Shown: positions 47,672-57,195 of the stretch, in pieces
How the letters are laid out: each line of letters starts with the position of its first letter
Numbering within the stretch: position 1 is the stretch's first letter
Virus record (IMG/VR): IMGVR_UViG_3300017761_003320
Coordinates: 1 to 64,000 of that record
Strand: one strand, 5' to 3'
DNA from: a virus
DNA length: 64,000 nucleotides
Notes under the pieces: generated by a model
The model's database searches: none
What the model was told of the DNA's origin: nothing
The model's input: only the letters and a program-made list of their open reading frames with translations
Made by a program: the position numbers and the translations under genes

Positions 47672-48535
47672 ATGATATTGGTTGATTTAAATCAGGTCAT
47701 GATCAGTAATCTGATGGTGCATCTGGTACACAATAAACAAGTGGTGGACGAAGAACTTGTCCGCCACATGGTGCTTAATAGCTTGCGTGGCTATAAGCAA
47801 AAATTCTCACGCGATTTTGGTGAGCTGGTTATCTGCTGTGATGACAAGCGTTATTGGCGCCGTGAGGTATTTCCGCATTACAAGGCTAATCGCAAGAAGG
47901 ATCGCGAGGCTTCTGGTATTGACTGGTCGACGTTGTTTGATACGATGGCCAAGATCAAGGAGGAGCTGCGCGAGCATATGCCATACAAGGTTGTGCAGGT
48001 CTCGCGTGCTGAGGCCGATGACGTGATTGCATCTCTGTGCCATTATTACGGCAAGTTTATCAATAGCGATGGTAATGAACCAATCCTGATTCTGTCAGGT
48101 GACAAAGACTTCGCGCAACTACAGAAGTATGCAAACGTTCATCAATATGCACCGATCCAGAAGAAGATGCTGCCTATTGATAATCCAGAACGATTCCGCC
48201 GCGAGCATATCATGGTTGGTGACCGTGGTGATGGTGTGCCTAACTTCATGACAGAAGATGATGCACTGGTTGCTGGTCGTCGTCAGCGGCCGCTATCTCG
48301 CAAGAAGATCGAGGAGTGGTGCAGCATGGAGCCTGAGCAGTTCTGTGACGATGTGATGCTTCGTGGTTACAAGCGCAACCAAATGTTGGTTGACCTTGAT
48401 CTGGTACCAGAAGATATTCAGCAGGCGTGTATTGAAACCTATGAGCAGTTTACGCCTGCATCACGTTCGGCTATGATGCCTTATTTCATGTCCAAGCGAC
48501 TGCGTCAGTTAACAGAATCAATTAGCGACTTCTAA
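47672..48535 (+). CDS. rnh: RNase H / 5'-3' exonuclease
   Basis: MILVDLNQ, YWRR..YKANRK, EADDVI, SGDKDFAQL, GDRGDGVPN; promoter TTGACA-17-TACAAT at 47615-47643. Confidence 0.93.
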   Translation: MILVDLNQVMISNLMVHLVHNKQVVDEELVRHMVLNSLRGYKQKFSRDFGELVICCDDKRYWRREVFPHYKANRKKDREASGIDWSTLFDTMAKIKEELREHMPYKVVQVSRAEADDVIASLCHYYGKFINSDGNEPILILSGDKDFAQLQKYANVHQYAPIQKKMLPIDNPERFRREHIMVGDRGDGVPNFMTEDDALVAGRRQRPLSRKKIEEWCSMEPEQFCDDVMLRGYKRNQMLVDLDLVPEDIQQACIETYEQFTPASRSAMMPYFMSKRLRQLTESISDF

Positions 48536-48546
48536 GGAGGATACAA

Positions 48547-48969
48547 GTGGCGATTAAAAGCCTTGCTCAAATCGTGAGCGAGATCGAAAAGGAAAAGACC
48601 AAGGCTGGTCAGGTCAAGGTCATACAGGAGAATGACAGTAATGCTCTCCGCATGGTATTTGAGTTCACGTTTGATCCGATGCTACAGTGGCTAGTGCCTG
48701 ACAGTGATCCACCGTATCGCCCAGCGGCCGATACTATTGATCAGGAAGGTCGTTTGTATTCTGAAATCGACAAGCTTGTATATTTCACGAATACACCTGA
48801 AGGTCTCAATGTGAAACCAATGAAGCGCGAGCAGCTTTTTATTCAGCTACTTGAGACCGTTGCTCCTGATGACGCAAAGCTATTGCTGCGTATGCGGCGC
48901 AAGGAACTTAAGGTCATGTCATGGTCGATCAAGGAAGCATATCCACAAATGACGGCTCATTGGAAATGA
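48547..48969 (+). CDS. conserved hypothetical protein (DUF6433-like)
   Basis: KREQLFIQLLE..PDDAKLL motif; follows rnh. Confidence 0.65.
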   Translation: MAIKSLAQIVSEIEKEKTKAGQVKVIQENDSNALRMVFEFTFDPMLQWLVPDSDPPYRPAADTIDQEGRLYSEIDKLVYFTNTPEGLNVKPMKREQLFIQLLETVAPDDAKLLLRMRRKELKVMSWSIKEAYPQMTAHWK

Positions 48970-49574
48970 ATAAAGAAGTTGCGCTTATAATCGGCAATGG
49001 TACATCGCGAAAGAATGTCAATCTAAGACACATGGTATCATTACTTGGTAATGATCGTCCAGTGATCTATGGCTGTAATGCAATCTATCGTGAATTTCAA
49101 CCAGCATTTGATCTACCAGACTATGTGGTAGCTATTGATGATGGCGCTATAACTGAGATTGAATCCAGCGATTTTCCATCATCGCGTGTGATCATTCCGA
49201 ATGAGAATGATCGTTGGGAGCCTGCTGAGATGCATGGTGATCAGCCGAGGCCTAGATCAAATGCTGGTATGTGCGCTATGACTGAAGCTATTCGGCGTGG
49301 AACCAAGACTTTACTTTGTATTGGCTTCGATTCATTCTTGCAAGATGCAGAGCAGTCTGTAAGTAATCTGTTTGATGGTACCAATAACTATGGTCCAGAG
49401 ACTCGTGCAAGCGTGTATGACAATCCAAATCGAGTGAGATATATGGCTTGGTTTGCGCGCAAAAACCCAACCGTCGATTTTATATTCATCTATCCTGATG
49501 GTATGAATGCTGTGCCCATCGGGCAACCAAATACATATCAAGTAACATATGAGGAGCTTTTAGGGTTAGCATGA
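48967..49574 (+). CDS. conserved protein (DUF115/MptE-like fold)
   Basis: IIGNGTSR, YGCNAIYR, PDYVVAID, IGFD. Confidence 0.6.
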
Positions 49575-50263
49575 GAGTACATGTAAGAGGCCAAATGGGT
49601 GTGCAACTGATGCAGGCTTTCGTCGGCATCGGTCGATTGGTTGATGACGAGAAGCCTATTCTCGTGGTAAATAGTGGTGGAGATGTACCTGGTGCAAAGA
49701 CATCTCAGTTACATTTTGTAACGGATCCACAATGTGAAATCCGTGAAGATCATGAGGGTATTCGCAAGACACCATATTGGCATTCTGGTGCTGGCCGCAC
49801 AGCTTTTCTTGGGCGTGAGCGCGCAATGCGCTGGCTTCCGTTGCGTGATCATGAATATGGTCAGTTGCATGGAAATGCTGTGGTCGTACATGCAAGAGGT
49901 GGTGACAAGCCTGTGGCCAGTGTCGATAATTATCGCAAGCTGGTTGATCTGGCAAAGGAACGTCATCCAGATCATAAGGTATATGTCTTATCCGATAGCC
50001 GAGACCTGCTTGATGCGCTGGTACCACCAAAGGATGACATCGCCGGCGACGTAGATGAGGATTGGTTCACGATCCTTGAAGCTGACCATGTATATGCTGC
50101 TCCATCAGGCTTCGTGATGAGCACGCTGCTGTTCAATCCGCAGAAGAAGGTGACGTTTATCGGGCCTAGCTGGTGCGATGGTAGTTATCCAGCAGTTGCA
50201 GATGATTTCACTTTCATCGAAGAGGCAAAAGAGTTTTGCCCTAATCTGGAGGTTCTTGAATGA
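49571..50263 (+). CDS. GT11-like (fucosyltransferase-like) protein
   Basis: GQMGVQLMQ (~GGLGNQMFQ), VHARGGD (~HVRRGD), VLSD, SGF. Confidence 0.6.
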   Translation: MRVHVRGQMGVQLMQAFVGIGRLVDDEKPILVVNSGGDVPGAKTSQLHFVTDPQCEIREDHEGIRKTPYWHSGAGRTAFLGRERAMRWLPLRDHEYGQLHGNAVVVHARGGDKPVASVDNYRKLVDLAKERHPDHKVYVLSDSRDLLDALVPPKDDIAGDVDEDWFTILEADHVYAAPSGFVMSTLLFNPQKKVTFIGPSWCDGSYPAVADDFTFIEEAKEFCPNLEVLE

Positions 50264-51261
50264 GAATCGGGCGCCACGACGTCTGGAATGAATATGACGC
50301 AGTCGCATCTGTGACTGGCGGTCATACCGAAGCGATGAAGCTAGCACATGCATCATCGATGGCTAATCATATGACGCAGTGTTGGAACATTGCGAAAGAA
50401 TCATTGATGGCCTTTGGATGCGGTGCTTGGCAAGCTGAGCAGCTTATGTCAAATACTAAAGATATTAGACTGCTAAATGGTTGTGATGAATTAGATCCTA
50501 CTGTTCATGCCCTTCGTGCTTATCTGGGTCGTAGCGCACATAGGTGTCGTCTTAATCTGCGACCAGCACCTGGTCTAGATGCTGAAAGCTGTATTGGCAC
50601 TGGTATTCATGTATTCCGTGCAGATCAGCTTGGTCTAACGCAAGAACAGCAGGAAGCATTAGAGCGGGAGCTATCATCTCCCGCTGCTGCGCTATCAAAG
50701 AATGAAACCAATATGGCTTATGGTCGCCGTTGGTTTGAAAATTGCACAGAACTGTTGAATAAGATCACACCTTTCCTATCTGAGGTCACAGGATATTCTG
50801 AAGGCACGATCACGGAAGAATTGTCGCGCACTGCATTCGCGCAGCGAGTGATCAATGGCCCTGAAGATAATGATGTGCAGAAGGTATTGCATCAAGACAC
50901 ATGGCATGATGCATGGAAGCTTTGGTATTTTCCTCGCGCAGTTCGTGATGGTGAAGGCCCATTCAGGTTCGCTCAGTATAGTCATGGGCTATCATCCGAA
51001 CGTATGAGATTGACCACAGCATTTGCTACCAAAGGAACCAAATGGGAAGAATGGCGCAGCTATGGTCATGATGAGGGTTCTTGGCGTGTGGATGATGTAG
51101 AGCTGTTGCGAATGGGTTGTGGTGCTAGTGACGTGACATGCGCTGCTGGTACTCTTGTTGTAGCCAATGTATTCGGATATCATGCGCGTGGTGAAGCTAC
51201 GGAGACGAAGGAGCGGATCGCTCTACACGCGAGCATCCGATTGAATCCATGGAAAAACTAA
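50260..51261 (+). CDS. PhyH-like 2OG-Fe(II) dioxygenase
   Basis: LHQDTWH, EGPF, SH, AGTLVVANVFGYHARG. Confidence 0.75.
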   Translation: MRIGRHDVWNEYDAVASVTGGHTEAMKLAHASSMANHMTQCWNIAKESLMAFGCGAWQAEQLMSNTKDIRLLNGCDELDPTVHALRAYLGRSAHRCRLNLRPAPGLDAESCIGTGIHVFRADQLGLTQEQQEALERELSSPAAALSKNETNMAYGRRWFENCTELLNKITPFLSEVTGYSEGTITEELSRTAFAQRVINGPEDNDVQKVLHQDTWHDAWKLWYFPRAVRDGEGPFRFAQYSHGLSSERMRLTTAFATKGTKWEEWRSYGHDEGSWRVDDVELLRMGCGASDVTCAAGTLVVANVFGYHARGEATETKERIALHASIRLNPWKN

Positions 51262-51464
51262 AATTACTGCTAGCAGGAGGAGCAATCTTTCTACTAGCTT
51301 CATGTGATACAGTAACAGTTTATCGGTCACCCCCTGTAGTCTATCAACGACCGTCGCCGTTATATTATTACCCACCGACATACTATCGTTACGAGCCTCA
51401 TCGTTACTACCATCGGTATCCATACTACTACCATCATCCTCATGCAAGGCCTTGGAGATACTGA
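51249..51464 (+). CDS. small Tyr/His/Pro-rich lipoprotein
   Basis: Lipobox LASC. Confidence 0.65.
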   Translation: MEKLKLLLAGGAIFLLASCDTVTVYRSPPVVYQRPSPLYYYPPTYYRYEPHRYYHRYPYYYHHPHARPWRY

Positions 51465-51688
51465 TGAAAGCAGTTCCAATTCTATTGCTCGGGCTATTGC
51501 TCACAGCTTGCGAGCGACCAGTATTGACATGCGCTGGACAACCCTGCGTGAGCCACTATCCTGCTGGATACTACCAATCTCGTGGTTATCACAGCGAGCC
51601 GACATGGCATGGTAATCGTCACGCGCAACAATATCATTGCCATAGACGTATCGATGGTACATTTTATTGCCACAAACATTCACCTTGA
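51464..51688 (+). CDS. small His/Tyr-rich lipoprotein
   Basis: Lipobox LTAC; YHCH..YCHKH. Confidence 0.65.
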   Translation: MKAVPILLLGLLLTACERPVLTCAGQPCVSHYPAGYYQSRGYHSEPTWHGNRHAQQYHCHRRIDGTFYCHKHSP

Positions 51689-51730
51689 TTAGCCATTGAC
51701 AATGGGTCTGTCATGTGATACTATGCACGC

Positions 51731-52222
51731 ATGACAGACCAAGACAAACCTACCCCCGCCGCCATTGATGGCTTTGACAACACGGTATATGTGACCAACG
51801 ATGATGATTACTTTTCATTGTTGCCAACATCTCGTACCCTGATCCTACAAAATCCTGCGACAACAGATCACACATTTCATTCAGTCACAATCTCGCCTGA
51901 AGATGAAGTGCGAGCGCCGCGCTTATCACTTGATATCGATATATCCAATTGCAAGTTTGATGCGCCTTCCAATACATTCTTTGCATATGAACCTGAACCG
52001 ATCACAGAATCTCATTCTTCGCCAATTGAAGTGAGTATTCATCGCGGCGGTCTTAAACTTGTCACCGCAAGTCAAAAGCCATATACAGATCGCTATGGTT
52101 ATGATGAATATCATCAGAAATACATGTTTGAAAAAGATTCCTCAGTCTTTTGTGTCAGGTTATATCTGACAGAGAAGTTACGTGACTATTGGTTTGCAAT
52201 GCATCGTGCAGCGAGGTCTTGA
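51731..52222 (+). CDS. paralog family member 1
   Basis: KFDAPSNTFF; promoter TTGACA-17-TACTAT at 51696-51724. Confidence 0.6.
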   Translation: MTDQDKPTPAAIDGFDNTVYVTNDDDYFSLLPTSRTLILQNPATTDHTFHSVTISPEDEVRAPRLSLDIDISNCKFDAPSNTFFAYEPEPITESHSSPIEVSIHRGGLKLVTASQKPYTDRYGYDEYHQKYMFEKDSSVFCVRLYLTEKLRDYWFAMHRAARS

Positions 52223-52629
52223 AAATGGTAACTCATATGAATCCTACAACTTATATAAACCCAAATACAATGCCAAAAACCATGCAACATAATCATCTCA
52301 ATGTAACTACAGCCAGTACCGTGCATGTAGATGCACAGCAGGCTATGAATAGTGATACGCTAAGATATTACAAAGCACAAAACAGATTGTATCTTGTATC
52401 ACCTGTTGATAATTGGCCAACAACCATATTCATCATTGGGCGCCAAGAGGGTGCAACATATGTCATGGATGCAAATAATGCACTCTCAAGCGTGCGAAAA
52501 TATGTTCTTTCCAGTAAAGTTATCACACCTAATGCACCGAATGAAATGTATGTTTGGCATCGTCATCATGCTGATGATATGATGAAGTCTTGGCGTAATG
52601 CTGTCAAACATAATCATCAATATATCTAA
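52189..52629 (+). CDS. paralog family member 2 (divergent)
   Basis: RYYKAQNRLY...MMKSWRN. Confidence 0.55.
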   Translation: MVCNASCSEVLKMVTHMNPTTYINPNTMPKTMQHNHLNVTTASTVHVDAQQAMNSDTLRYYKAQNRLYLVSPVDNWPTTIFIIGRQEGATYVMDANNALSSVRKYVLSSKVITPNAPNEMYVWHRHHADDMMKSWRNAVKHNHQYI

Positions 52630-52631
52630 TC

Positions 52632-52952
52632 ATGCAAGGTATTACAACAGCAATCGCAATCCCTGCCACAAATAAAAAGCGCGTCAAGTTTGACGCGAAA
52701 AAGCGAGTATTTTATGCATTGTGGTTGGGTGATTCATCTCGTGTTAATGTAATAGTACAGCTTGTCGGTAAGCTACAGAGTTGGCGGTTTGATGTGATCG
52801 CACCAGACCTATCATCTGACGGTTCTTCTCTATATGCACGTGGTGGCACGTTCGATGAGCCTGAGGTATACTACCTTAAACTGTATTACAATAACCAAGA
52901 CTTTGATAAGGCCTGGGCAGAATTGCGAGGACAAAATGCCAGTAACACGTGA
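52632..52952 (+). CDS. paralog family member 3
   Basis: KFDAKKRVFY...LYYNNQDFDKAWAELR. Confidence 0.6.
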   Translation: MQGITTAIAIPATNKKRVKFDAKKRVFYALWLGDSSRVNVIVQLVGKLQSWRFDVIAPDLSSDGSSLYARGGTFDEPEVYYLKLYYNNQDFDKAWAELRGQNASNT

Positions 52953-53229
52953 TCATGTCGTTGTTAAAGTTGACGACACTTTGTATGATGCGAAGTCAAA
53001 AACATTCTATGTGGCTTTGTCACGAGTGACAAATGATCTTAGCGCGCCGCAGTTGATCAATCTTATCAATGATAGGACTGGCAATGTGCGTGTTTTTAAT
53101 AAGCGAACATTTGGACTAGAAGGTTATTTTGTGTATAGCCATATAGCTAGCGAATATCATGGATACACAATGAAAGCCTTCACATTTGATGAAGAAATGA
53201 AAGCAGCTTGGGAAAAGACTAGATCATGA
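52936..53229 (+). CDS. paralog family member 4
   Basis: LYDAKSKTFY...FDEEMKAAWEKTR. Confidence 0.6.
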   Translation: MPVTRDHVVVKVDDTLYDAKSKTFYVALSRVTNDLSAPQLINLINDRTGNVRVFNKRTFGLEGYFVYSHIASEYHGYTMKAFTFDEEMKAAWEKTRS

Positions 53230-53750
53230 TATTAACTGGCAGACCTGATCATATCGTTTTAAATGTCTATTATAATACACCGAAGGATGAGGCAAATGAT
53301 GATTTAATTCTGTATGATCAGACCACGCGCACGTTTTTCATTCACACCTCGCAATTAGAACCTGCTAAATTTTCGGGTAATGTGGGTAATATCTTTCATC
53401 TGAAGATAGAAAATCTCAAAACAAAAGCTACATGGCAGTTCGTATATGAACATACACGAGAATATAAGTCAAAATGTGGTGGTGTGATGCGATATAGAGA
53501 ATACACCCATACTCATCTAGATCATGGCGAGCAGCGTTATTATGCACATCTGTATGCTACACGCCTTATGCTTGAAACAGCATGGTCGGATGTTAGAAAA
53601 GGTATCGACGATAAACGAGCCAATCATATGGTAACTGGACAAGCTAAGGTTGATAATCAGTTTATGGTTCGTGCTGAAAATGCTTTGATTAATATCCTAT
53701 CTGATTCCTTGAAAAATGATATTGATAAGCATATCATATCTGCAATGTAA
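53226..53750 (+). CDS. paralog family member 5
   Basis: LYDQTTRTFF...LYATRLMLETAWSDVR. Confidence 0.6.
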   Translation: MILTGRPDHIVLNVYYNTPKDEANDDLILYDQTTRTFFIHTSQLEPAKFSGNVGNIFHLKIENLKTKATWQFVYEHTREYKSKCGGVMRYREYTHTHLDHGEQRYYAHLYATRLMLETAWSDVRKGIDDKRANHMVTGQAKVDNQFMVRAENALINILSDSLKNDIDKHIISAM

Positions 53751-53776
53751 AGCCGTAACATGGATGAAAGCAAGTC

Positions 53777-53965
53777 ATGACACCACAAAAGCTTACCCAG
53801 TTTCTAGTTGTCTATTATACAGGCGGCTATTCGTATCAGAAACTTGGTCAAGCATTTGTAAATCAGAATACCGGCATTGATTCTGTCGTAAATCTGGCTG
53901 AGATACATAAGATTCGAAATGATATAGATGCTCTTAAAATCATAGTCGAGAGGTATGTCAAATGA
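53777..53965 (+). CDS. hypothetical protein
   Basis: QKLGQAFVN motif. Confidence 0.5.
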   Translation: MTPQKLTQFLVVYYTGGYSYQKLGQAFVNQNTGIDSVVNLAEIHKIRNDIDALKIIVERYVK

Positions 53966-54723
53966 CACAATACAAAACTGTCTTTATCTCTGACATACAT
54001 CTAGGCTCGATAGCGTGCAAATATGATGAGCTGCTCTCGTTTCTAAAAACGCTGGAAAATAATCCACCCGAGAGCATATATCTGGTTGGTGATATCATAG
54101 ACCTATGGAAGCTGAGCAAAGGATTTAACTGGCGCCCAGAACATAATGTGATATTACAAAAGCTGTTGAGGCTTTCGCGCAAAGGTGTGCAGATACGATA
54201 TGTGGTTGGTAATCATGATGAATACTTTCGCTCACTACCAGACGGATTTCATTTCGGTGGTATAGAGGTTGCGAATCATTTTGATTTTATCTCAGTCACA
54301 GGTGATCGTTATCTTGTGATACATGGTGACCAGTATGATACGTTTCTAATACAAAATGATCTGATCGCGCGCCTTGGCTCATTTGCATATGATTTGCTTG
54401 TCGTAGCCAACTCAGTTCTATCATTTGTGCGAAGAAAGCTGCATATGCCATACTGGTCAATGTCACACTATTTGAAAATCAAAGCAAAGGCTGCTACGCG
54501 AATTGTAGATACGTTTGAAACTACAATGTGCGAAGCCATTCGCCTGCGAGGCTATGATGGTGTAATCTGTGGTCATATTCATCTCGCGAAGGCCATGACT
54601 ACACCATCAGGATTCAAGTACTTTAATTGTGGTGACTGGACTGAATCGTGTACAGCAATTATTGAGACTCATGATGGCCGCATCGAGATATTATATCACA
54701 AGACATCAAAGGATAATGCATGA
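53962..54723 (+). CDS. calcineurin-like metallophosphoesterase (LpxH-like)
   Basis: ISDIHLG, GDIID, GNHD, HGD, GHIH, NCGDW. Confidence 0.88.
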   Translation: MTQYKTVFISDIHLGSIACKYDELLSFLKTLENNPPESIYLVGDIIDLWKLSKGFNWRPEHNVILQKLLRLSRKGVQIRYVVGNHDEYFRSLPDGFHFGGIEVANHFDFISVTGDRYLVIHGDQYDTFLIQNDLIARLGSFAYDLLVVANSVLSFVRRKLHMPYWSMSHYLKIKAKAATRIVDTFETTMCEAIRLRGYDGVICGHIHLAKAMTTPSGFKYFNCGDWTESCTAIIETHDGRIEILYHKTSKDNA

Positions 54724-54966
54724 ATGGCATACCATAGACCAAATGATTGTTATTTCGGAATCATGTACATGCCTTGGCTAGATGGTAAGACTAAACCATG
54801 GTTTCTTCTATCAGGCGCAGCTGGACCTGAGGATAACTATAGAGTGCATTGGAGACCGTATGGTAGTGGCTTCCTCACTGAGGGTGAAGCTAAGGCTGAG
54901 ATGATGTACAGGAATACCGTGGTGGAGATCGCATCGATGAGATACCGAGGATATGACCTTGAGTAA
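54724..54966 (+). CDS. hypothetical protein
   Basis: Coupled ORF. Confidence 0.5.
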   Translation: MAYHRPNDCYFGIMYMPWLDGKTKPWFLLSGAAGPEDNYRVHWRPYGSGFLTEGEAKAEMMYRNTVVEIASMRYRGYDLE

Positions 54967-55189
54967 GACCTGGCAGGATGACTGCATCGTGGAGCGAATC
55001 TATCTACAGACTGGCACGACACAACGTCCTGGCGGTCAACAAGCAGGCATTCCAGCAACAGCTGTTCGCATCACACATGAACCAACTGGCACGATGGCTC
55101 AGTTTGGTGAGTGCTGGAGCGAACATAAACAAAAGATGATCGCGATGAATATGATTGAGTTTGCCCTTATAGAAGCGAAGTGGATATGA
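54953..55189 (+). CDS. stand-alone peptide chain release factor (GGQ) domain
   Basis: PGGQ..G...TAVRITHEPTG......SEHKQKMIAM matches the RF-1 domain. Confidence 0.75.
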   Translation: MTLSKTWQDDCIVERIYLQTGTTQRPGGQQAGIPATAVRITHEPTGTMAQFGECWSEHKQKMIAMNMIEFALIEAKWI

Positions 55190-55312
55190 CGAAGTTAGTA
55201 ATACCTGATAGTTGGCCATACAGCAAGAAAGATTATCTTGAGCTGTGTTTGTATAATGCTACAGTTATACAATCAGGGACTTTGATTCGCAAGTTTAGAA
55301 AGATGTTAAAAG

Positions 55313-55507
55313 ATGAATGATAAGCAAGAGTTTAATGAGATGAGAGTTTCCGTCATCATTGATGGAAAAGAGATTGATGTAATGAGCATCAACGGTAAAC
55401 TGTATCGTAATATGTGCCAGCTACATGATCCAAAAGAAGTCAAGGAGGAAGCCATTCGAATCATGCTGGCTGATATGCGAATGATCTTGGAGAAAACGCT
55501 GCGATGA
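55313..55507 (+). CDS. hypothetical protein
   Basis: ORF in co-oriented array. Confidence 0.5.
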   Translation: MNDKQEFNEMRVSVIIDGKEIDVMSINGKLYRNMCQLHDPKEVKEEAIRIMLADMRMILEKTLR

Positions 55508-55719
55508 GATACTGGGCTTACATTGAGCCAACATCCGAGACCGATTCCACACCCATTCTTACCACGATGTCTGATCAGGAAATCATTGACAGCTATTGGG
55601 AATGGTGGTATGATAGAATGTGCAGTAAGCATGGCCAAGCGCACGTCGATGCGAATTACTCCAAGGAAGACTGCATCCGCGATTGGGTCACAACACACTG
55701 GGCTTGGGAGAGTAAATGA
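55504..55719 (+). CDS. hypothetical phage protein
   Basis: YWEWW..EDCIRDWVTTHWAW. Confidence 0.6.
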   Translation: MRYWAYIEPTSETDSTPILTTMSDQEIIDSYWEWWYDRMCSKHGQAHVDANYSKEDCIRDWVTTHWAWESK

Positions 55720-56040
55720 TGAGCACTCCACACCTTTTACACCTACTTGACGAAGATGCTCTCGGTAGACTTATCACTCTACGGAAATATATCGTAAATG
55801 ATAGAGAGACAAGTAAAGACTCCAAGTATATTAAAACGTTAAAAAGAGTAGAGAAAGCTTTGACTTGGTTAATTTCTTATCAGCTTGGACAAGCCCCTTC
55901 ATACACAAAAAAGAAGAACTCAGATTCATTGTATTTCGTTGGGTTTCCGCCTGAATTGAAAAATGACATCTATAGCTTTCACCACTACGCGGAAAGAATT
56001 ATTCATGAGTAATAACACACTGGGCTTGGGAAGTAAATGA
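55692..56040 (+). repeat. 27-28 bp direct repeat (55692-55719; 56014-56040)
   Basis: AACACACTGGGCTTGGGA(G)AGTAAATGA twice, flanking ORF 55716-56012. Confidence 0.85.
55716..56012 (+). CDS. hypothetical protein, repeat-flanked insertion
   Basis: AT-richer ORF between direct repeats. Confidence 0.5.
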   Translation: MMSTPHLLHLLDEDALGRLITLRKYIVNDRETSKDSKYIKTLKRVEKALTWLISYQLGQAPSYTKKKNSDSLYFVGFPPELKNDIYSFHHYAERIIHE

Positions 56041-56462
56041 CTGACTGGGACGAACGCTTTCTGCAACTCGCGCAACACATCGCGCAGTGGAGTAAAGATC
56101 CATCGACTAAGGTCGGCGCGGTGATCGTGCGACCAAATCGCACTATCGCAAGCGTAGGCTACAATGGCTTTCCGCGCGGTGTGAACGATGATGAACGACT
56201 GAATGATCGCCCATACAAGTATGCGATGACTGTACATGCCGAGGCCAATGCAATACTGTCAGCCAATGAACGATTAGATGGCTGCACGCTATATGTGACT
56301 CCACTAAGCCCATGCTCGTCCTGTGCATCCATACTCATACAGTCAGGGATCAAGCGCGTCGTAGCGTATATGCCGCACCAGCCAGAGCATTGGGCCGACA
56401 GCTTCGCGATAGCACGCACGATGCTTGATGAAGCTGGCGTACGCTGGGAGATACGAACATGA
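56037..56462 (+). CDS. dCMP deaminase
   Basis: SKDPSTKVGA, GYNGFPRG, HAEANA, PCSSC. Confidence 0.92.
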   Translation: MTDWDERFLQLAQHIAQWSKDPSTKVGAVIVRPNRTIASVGYNGFPRGVNDDERLNDRPYKYAMTVHAEANAILSANERLDGCTLYVTPLSPCSSCASILIQSGIKRVVAYMPHQPEHWADSFAIARTMLDEAGVRWEIRT

Positions 56463-56761
56463 CAGAAGTCTCACAAACACCGATACTGTTCTCACCACAT
56501 ACGTTGTATGATGCAAAGACACAAATGTTCTTCGCAAAGCAACAGGATGTGCATCATATTGACAGAGGTACCGGTAATGGTATAATATTTGTTGGCCATA
56601 ATGATACGTGCCACTTCAAATATAATACGAAGAACTCAGTGTATACTTCATTCACATATGTGGATTCAATTGAAGCCTATCATCTATTCATATTCGTAGA
56701 CCAAGAGTCTTTGGATTCATATTGGAAGAGTATAAGGGCTCGCACAGATGCTGGAGATTAA
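56459..56761 (+). CDS. paralog family member 6
   Basis: LYDAKTQMFF...FVDQESLDSYWKSIR. Confidence 0.6.
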   Translation: MTEVSQTPILFSPHTLYDAKTQMFFAKQQDVHHIDRGTGNGIIFVGHNDTCHFKYNTKNSVYTSFTYVDSIEAYHLFIFVDQESLDSYWKSIRARTDAGD

Positions 56762-57068
56762 TTGCAAACAACTGCTTTTTGATAAACGATCCAAGACATT
56801 CATTGGTAAGCTGAGGGATATAACCTTTCCACATGGTGGTCAATACCATTCATTGAATACACCAATCAGGGTATTTGGTAATACAGAGTCAAAGACATTT
56901 CACTTTGCTCGTACTGATAAGGATCCCGATGGGCCATACTACTATTCGTTTGTGGAAAGTGATAATGTCAATGGGCTGTATTCATTAGAACTATATTCAA
57001 AAGAAGATGCTATGGCTGATCGGTGGTACTCATTAAGAGGAGAACAATATGAAACAACATCGCGATGA
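56748..57068 (+). CDS. paralog family member 7
   Basis: LFDKRSKTFI...LYSKEDAMADRWYSLR. Confidence 0.6.
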   Translation: MLEINCKQLLFDKRSKTFIGKLRDITFPHGGQYHSLNTPIRVFGNTESKTFHFARTDKDPDGPYYYSFVESDNVNGLYSLELYSKEDAMADRWYSLRGEQYETTSR

Positions 57069-57195
57069 CAATACATGGTGGGGATTTCTCAAGGCTGAAG
57101 CGGAGAAAGCACGCAAGGAACGAGTCAAGCGCGAGAAGAAACGCTACAAAGCAAACACAAAAGCGTTTCGCACACCACAGAGTTTCGGTATAGCA

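Noticed and set aside
53670-53750. C-terminal ENALINILSDSLKNDIDKHII resembling a major-capsid-protein helix
   Set aside because: Too short to support homology without a profile search
53962-54723. Metallophosphoesterase as the cAMP phosphodiesterase partner of the cyclase
   Set aside because: Motifs fit the LpxH-like subgroup, it is 10 kb away in an early array, and nothing links it to the cyclase
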